A stretch of 41,446 nucleotides of DNA from Nemertoderma westbladi (Eukaryota; Animalia; Xenacoelomorpha), in contig JAUCBJ010002668.1 in assembly GCA_032718475.1 (NCBI GenBank), positions 1 through 41,446 on the forward strand. Reading direction: 5' to 3'. The notes under the pieces were generated by a model. That model made no database searches. It was not told where the DNA came from and saw nothing but the letters and a program-made list of their open reading frames with translations. Positions 35,925-41,446 of this stretch are shown here, piece after piece; position 1 is the stretch's first letter; each line of letters starts with the position of its first letter. The position numbers and the translations under genes were made by a program.

Positions 35925-36668
35925 CAAAAACAATTGTTCATCCCCCTAAAACAATTATTGTACCCCCAAAAACAATATTGATTCCCCAAAAACAATTATT
36001 GATTCCCCAAAAACAATTATTCATCCCCCAAAAACAATTATTCGTCCCCCAAAAACAATATTGATTCCCCAAAAACAATTATTCATCCCCCAAAAACAAT
36101 TATTCATCCCCCAAAAACAATTATTCATCCCCAAAAACAATATTGATTCCCCAAAAACAATTATTCATCCCCCAAAAACAATTATTCATCCCCCAAAAAC
36201 AATCATTCATCCCCCAAAAACAATTATTCATCCCCCAAAAACAATTATTCATCCCCCAAAAACAATTATTCATCCCCCAAAAACAATTATTGATTCCCCA
36301 AAAACAATTATTCATCCCCCAAAAACAATTATTCATCCCCCAAAAATAATTATTCATTCATCCCCCAAAAACAATTATTCATCCCCCAAAAACAATTATT
36401 CATCCCCCAAAACCAATTATTCATACCCCAAAAACAATTATTCATCCCCCAAAAACAATTATTCATCCCCCAAAAACAATTATTCATCCCCCAAAAACAA
36501 TTATTCATCCCCCAAAAATAATTATTCATTCATCCCCCAAAAACAATTATTCATCCCCAAAAACAATTATTCATCCCCCAAAACCAATTATTCATACCCC
36601 AAAAACAATTATTCATCCCCCAAAAACAATTATTCATCCCCCAAAAACAATTATTCATCCCCCAAAAC
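35925..36668. repeat. 21-bp minisatellite (CCCCCAAAAACAATTATTCAT), roughly 35 units
   Basis: Direct inspection; explains the repetitive ORFs at 36061-36717. Confidence 0.96.
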
Positions 36669-36962
36669 CAATATCAAAAACATGTCTACCTTGGGTATCT
36701 CTGCAGCTGCGTACTAAAAACGTATACGTTTATAGTTGCGCCCAAGATCTACACTGGATCTACTATAAACAGCAGAAATACAAATAAAAACCTCTCGAAT
36801 ATAAAATTTACAATGCAACTAAATTAAACCCAACCAAGCAAGCCGATTGTACCTGTATCAGCATCAGCAAATACAAACGCTACATTTTGGAGGATGATTT
36901 TTTTTATATTAGGCGCAAAGGTTTTCTACTTTTTGACGCTCTACAAAAAAATTTCAGAAATT

Positions 36963-37537
36963 ATACGTAAGGGAAGGCATGGGCAACCTTGAATGGACTT
37001 TCCAGGATTTGGAAGACACATATAATTAATCGGAAACTTAAGGTCCGATTATTTAGAGCAGCAGTAGTTCCAGTACTCCTCTATGGGAGTCCATGCTGGG
37101 CTCTAACTGCTGAGGACACCAAATCTCTGGATGGCACATTCACAAGAATGCTACGCCGGGTTCACTGTGTCAAGTTCAAGTACAATGCACACATCTCCAA
37201 CCAGACACTATATAACATTGGAGGTGTCTCATTGGTTCCCCCAAGCTTGACACTAGAACAAAGCCGCCTCCGCTTTGCAGAACATTGCTTTCGCCGTGAG
37301 GACCAGCCAGTGCATAATCTTGTGCTTTGGCAGCCCCATGGAGAAAATAAGCATGGTGGACAGTCCATGACCTTCTTGAGACGCATCTTAAAAGACACTG
37401 GCCCTGAAGATGCGGATGATCTAGCAAATGTCACGGGTGATAGGGAGTTGTGGTGGCGCAATTTTGTCGACAAGCCGGCACAGCATTCTTAAAAATGCAG
37501 CTGCAATGCAACATGCCGATCCTAGTAGTAGTAGTAG
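36963..37537 (+). mobile_element. Short 3' fragment of the same RTE family, with (TAG)5 tail
   Basis: Near-identical to the reverse complement of 4895-5459 (KLKVRLFRAAVVPVLLYGSPCW..DKPAQHS*); no TSD seen. Confidence 0.93.
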
Positions 37538-37989
37538 CTTAACTTTGAACTTAACTTACAAGTGAACGCAAGAGAATTTAGGTCCCCTACGTACAGCTAC
37601 AAACGAACATATTGTAGCAGTAAGCCTATTATATAAAATTGTATTAATTCAGTAACAATAATATATAATTAATTGATGTTGAACACTGACCACGCTTTAC
37701 AGTAGCAGTAGGTAGTAATAAATATCGTTACGACTCTATTAGAACCTACTACATAATACACCAGGTATCGGCCTCCAACATCAATAAAATGTTGCACTAC
37801 AGTATTATTGCATTGTTTAAAATAATGGCATTTTGATTAGATTTGCAACAAACTTATTAAGAAATAGCCAACAACCTATTAATTCATTTTAGTCAATATG
37901 AAAGTGGGCGGCTTGGCGGGAAGTTTAAATTAAATCACTTATCTGACTCAAGCTATTTAATTCAGCATACAATTTCTTGGCGTACAAAC

Positions 37990-38038
37990 CAAGGACTACT
38001 GAAGCACTACCGGTACTTCAGTACAGCAGTAGTCCTTG
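37990..38038. mobile_element. 49-bp mini TIR element with perfect 8-bp TSD
   Basis: TIR CAAGGACTACTG; GTACAAAC at 37982-37989 and 38039-38046. Confidence 0.8.
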
Positions 38039-38236
38039 GTACAAACATACGCCGGTAACCTACCGGTGTCATATGTTAGAATCCCACCCCACACCTCTCA
38101 ATCATATGACCTACGGACATGACAACCCACTTAATTCTGTCAAATACTAATTTCCCTAGTTAGGCCTACAGGCCTACTGATATTTACATACCGGTAATTA
38201 ATTATTTTTTGAGTGTCATCTCTCAAACTATTTATA

Positions 38237-39148
38237 ATGGCCAAATATATCAACTCTCATGTACCAATCTGGCAAAATATACTAAACGGCAAAGTGGATT
38301 CTAGCAAACAAATTCTCGTAATACAAACACAAGCGGGTTTGCCAGGGATCGATATCGTTAACTCAATAACCCGGGGTATTTTATCCACTAATATTCTCGA
38401 CAACGTTCACATTATTTCATCCGGATTAAATTGCGAGAAAATATCCGCGAATATTTCGGAATCGAACAGTAAAAATACAAAGAAATTACGAGCCAATTTT
38501 CACGTTGGCAGCCGTTATTACGATAGTAACAATGCTGATAGTTCGTATTCGGTTAGAGACCCGTTAGGAGCAGCGGAAGGTTTACTAAACACCGGGTCGG
38601 TAGATTCAAGAAGTCTCATTATAATAGATTCAGTAATTACAACACATCTACATAAATTGACAACCACTTTATTGAGATTGAAACATATTGGTAGCTGCGT
38701 AGTTTGCTTTCATCAACCTTTTATTCAGAAGGAGGAATACACGAAAAGAACGCTCAAATATATATTCGATACCGTAGTCAAACTGAAACCCAACAATGGG
38801 GAGTCTAACGCATTTGGACGGCCCTATGACTCGCACACAATCAGCTGTCGCAGGAGAAATCCACGCGGACGCGTCGAGTCACACAAACTGCGCTGTAAGA
38901 TTACACCGCAAGGAGTTATTGTATCAGGTAGTCCGAGCACACAGACACCGTCTACATACAGCACTGTTAGTGGTACCGGTACCGTGGACTTACAGAAAGA
39001 GGAAGTTACACAGAACCAACTTCCGTACTCCTTCACTACAGAGCAGAAACAACAGCAGTTGTCTGGAGAGTCCGGTATGATATACTACACTCCCGATGTT
39101 AATGATGATTGGGATGAGGAAGACCCAGACGATGACTTAGACATATAA
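38237..39148 (+). CDS. ELP5: Elongator complex protein 5-like, 303 aa, single coding exon
   Basis: Diagnostic C-terminus LPYSFTTEQKQQQL..IYYTPDVNDDWDEEDPDDDLDI*, plus DPLG, IIIDS and RRNPRGRV motifs. First ATG is 38237; ATTAAA downstream at ~39287. Confidence 0.88.
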   Translation: MAKYINSHVPIWQNILNGKVDSSKQILVIQTQAGLPGIDIVNSITRGILSTNILDNVHIISSGLNCEKISANISESNSKNTKKLRANFHVGSRYYDSNNADSSYSVRDPLGAAEGLLNTGSVDSRSLIIIDSVITTHLHKLTTTLLRLKHIGSCVVCFHQPFIQKEEYTKRTLKYIFDTVVKLKPNNGESNAFGRPYDSHTISCRRRNPRGRVESHKLRCKITPQGVIVSGSPSTQTPSTYSTVSGTGTVDLQKEEVTQNQLPYSFTTEQKQQQLSGESGMIYYTPDVNDDWDEEDPDDDLDI

Positions 39149-39461
39149 TAATACGGCTGCCAACTTTAGTATAGACAAATCGTGAAGATAAGTATTTGTA
39201 CTGTGTGTGTATTTGCATTACAGTTGCCGCTCCCGTTGTAAACTTTGTACGTTTTGCATTATCATTTTTTATTATACAATGTGTTTATTAAATACTGTAG
39301 CAAACTAGATATTATTAGAACCCTTCATTATCTGTTGAATCCGAAAATGAAATCAGTTTTCAATTTCACCACAAATTTCGGATATATTTTGGAAATTCAA
39401 ACGCCTATATTTTAATATCAGTATAATTATATTGTTATATAAATTTTACTATAATTCTTAA

Positions 39462-40666
39462 GGATGGGGTTCACCTTTTTTTTGGTCAAAAAGGTGAAAA
39501 ATGTTTTTTGTGCGATTTTTGTGTAGAATTTGATGGCGATTCCGAATATGAAAGTTATTAGTTCTCAGCTTGATTAGTTTTTAAGATATGACGATTTTAC
39601 TACGGAAGGCATGATTGCATCAAAAATCAAAATTTATATTAATTTAATGAAGAAATAATGTCTTTTTGGTAATTTTTATGATCAAACTATTTTAGTAACT
39701 TCATTTTGTTCTAAAACAGATTTGGAGAGAAAATAATTTTGAATATATATTTTCATCGATAGACTGATTGACGGACAGACTGACAGACAGACACACAGAA
39801 AGACAGGCAGACAAGATTTTGACAAGAATGTCAATGAGATACCAGAAATGAAATCAGCGACCTCGCAAACCTCAGTAGCGAACATTTTAGCTTGCTATGT
39901 AAGTATTTAGTATAATTTGACGGACAGACGGACAGTCTGACAGACCGACATACAGACAAGATTTTGACAAAAATGAAAACAGATACCAGAAATGAAAACA
40001 GATACCAGAAATGGAATCAGCGACCTCGAAAACCTCAGTAGCGAAAATTTCAGCTCTGTGTTTCTTCATTAACATACATATATTACACATATGATTATTA
40101 CATATTGACAGAATAATAGAGAGAACATTTTGAGCGGGAAGGTTCAAACTTTAAACCCATTTTACTCGGAATTATTTTTTCGCGTTTTTGCTCCACTCAA
40201 AATGCTACTCCTCCGTCATTTTTTCATCAAATCGTTTGAAATTTTCACACAGTGATCTAGAGATGTTGAGCAATAAAACTTCTAGACAGAATTTTGAATT
40301 TTTGAATTTAAGTGGTGTTTTGGGCCGATAATTTAAAAAAATAATAAATATATTTTTAAATAAAAAATACACTTCCGGTCAAAATTTCAAAAATCTGTCT
40401 AGAAGTTCTGTAAAGCAGCCCCCACTGATGCTCCTTGCCAAATTTGAATTTAACTTGACTTAAATTCTAGGAGCCTTAGCATTTAGAATGAAATTCAGAA
40501 AAATTTGAATAAAATTGGCGGGAAATTCAAATCTGAATTTTTTTTTCGAAAATTGTTTTAAGAATTAACTAATACATATGTATGTATAATTTCAGTGTAT
40601 TTATGTAATATAAACTCTTTTAAACCTCCAAAAACTGGAGGTGTCTTCAAAAGGTGAACCCCACCC
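39462..40666. mobile_element. TTAA-flanked Kolobok-like non-autonomous element
   Basis: TIR GG(A/G)TGGGGTTCACCTTTT; TTAA at 39458-39461 and 40667-40670. Confidence 0.88.
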
Positions 40667-40767
40667 TTAAGTATAATTATTTAGCAAATCGTCTCTACAA
40701 CAAAAAAAGCTATCCAATTAAACATAAACAATCAATAAAACAAAAGAATTATATCGATTTTACGTAT

Positions 40768-41033
40768 TCAAATATAGCTGTTTGAATCTTCCAAATATCT
40801 CTGGCAATTAGGAGAAATTGAAAACTGATCATCATATTCTGAATCTGAGTCTACGTCGAGCTTGGCGACTGTCACCGCTATGATGCTTAATGTTAGCTTG
40901 ACTGACACATGTGTAGAAGAGTGGGTATCTTTAAGGAAAACAATAAACTCAATAACATTGAGTATAATCGATAAATTGAGCAGGACATAGAAGCCATTGA
41001 CTCTGAGTCTGTAACACTTGTTATTATGAACAC
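40768..41033 (-). CDS. Possible terminal exon of an unidentified minus-strand gene (hydrophobic segment then acidic tail)
   Basis: Stop-free frame not in the ORF track: ag|..VHNNKCYRLRVNGFYVLLNLSIILNVIEFIVFLKDTHSSTHVSVKLTLSIIAVTVAKLDVDSDSEYDDQFSISPNCQRYLEDSNSYI*; acceptor weak; no family recognised. Confidence 0.3.
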
Positions 41034-41134
41034 CTGGCTTGCCCGTGGGAAAATATAGATAGGGGGTATTGTGATTAAATTTATATTGTATTTTGGCATA
41101 ACAAACATTGTGTATTAAATATTTTTTGTTTGGG

Positions 41135-41301
41135 TGGAGGGGGGGGGGGGGGGGGGGTCGGTATTACAAATTTACTAATGTTACATAGGGGGGAGGGGGT
41201 CGAGCTTACGTGACACACTGACACTTTGTGACAGAGGGGGGGGGGGGGGGGGGGGTGTCAAAACTCTGTGAAAAATTTGCGTTTCTTTATGAAAGCCCAC
41301 C
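41135..41301. mobile_element. Degenerate Harbinger-like MITE end with G-runs
   Basis: G-run..GTCAAAA..AAAAATTTGCGT..TTTATGAAAGCCC resembles the inverse of the 15898 terminus. Confidence 0.35.
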
Positions 41302-41446
41302 TCGGACGATGTAACTTTTATAGCAATATCAGCCCTCTTTCACGAGCAACGTTGTTGAGGTTATTGGTTTTATCTATATCTATTTGAAAAATCTAGTCGA
41401 TCGAGTCGAGGATGTGGCCCTTCAAAATGTTTCTGAAACAAGTTGC

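Noticed and set aside
36061-36717. 218-aa PPKTIIH/SSPKNNY repeat ORF
   Set aside because: 21-bp minisatellite with frame switching; no coding evidence.

Overview
AT-rich animal (invertebrate-like) nuclear DNA, not prokaryotic. Four host genes can be recognised. (1) Two minus-strand exons of a folliculin-interacting protein (FNIP)-like gene (3368-3537, 2399-2664), which runs off the left edge. (2) A TADA2B-like gene with an intronless CDS (9304-10686, +). (3) A five-exon Rab3 gene (22320/23413-32074, +) whose first coding exon is tandemly duplicated. (4) An ELP5-like gene with an intronless CDS (38237-39148, +). The remainder is largely transposon-derived: an Academ-like remnant, two 5'-truncated RTE-clade LINE copies, several TTAA-flanked (Kolobok-like), hAT-like and Mutator/foldback-like non-autonomous elements including a three-level nest, and minisatellites. 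The most unusual observations are: a ~75-copy 37-bp array made from the last codons and stop of TADA2B, which gains a UACUAAC motif in the copies; a strong excess of TA-NNNN-TA palindromes (TACCGGTA, TAGGCCTA) that look like DNA-transposon excision footprints; the duplicated Rab3 start exon; and probable nesting of TADA2B in an FNIP intron. I see no convincing evidence for a novel multi-gene system. All assignments are by eye, and family calls rest on remembered motifs, not database searches.
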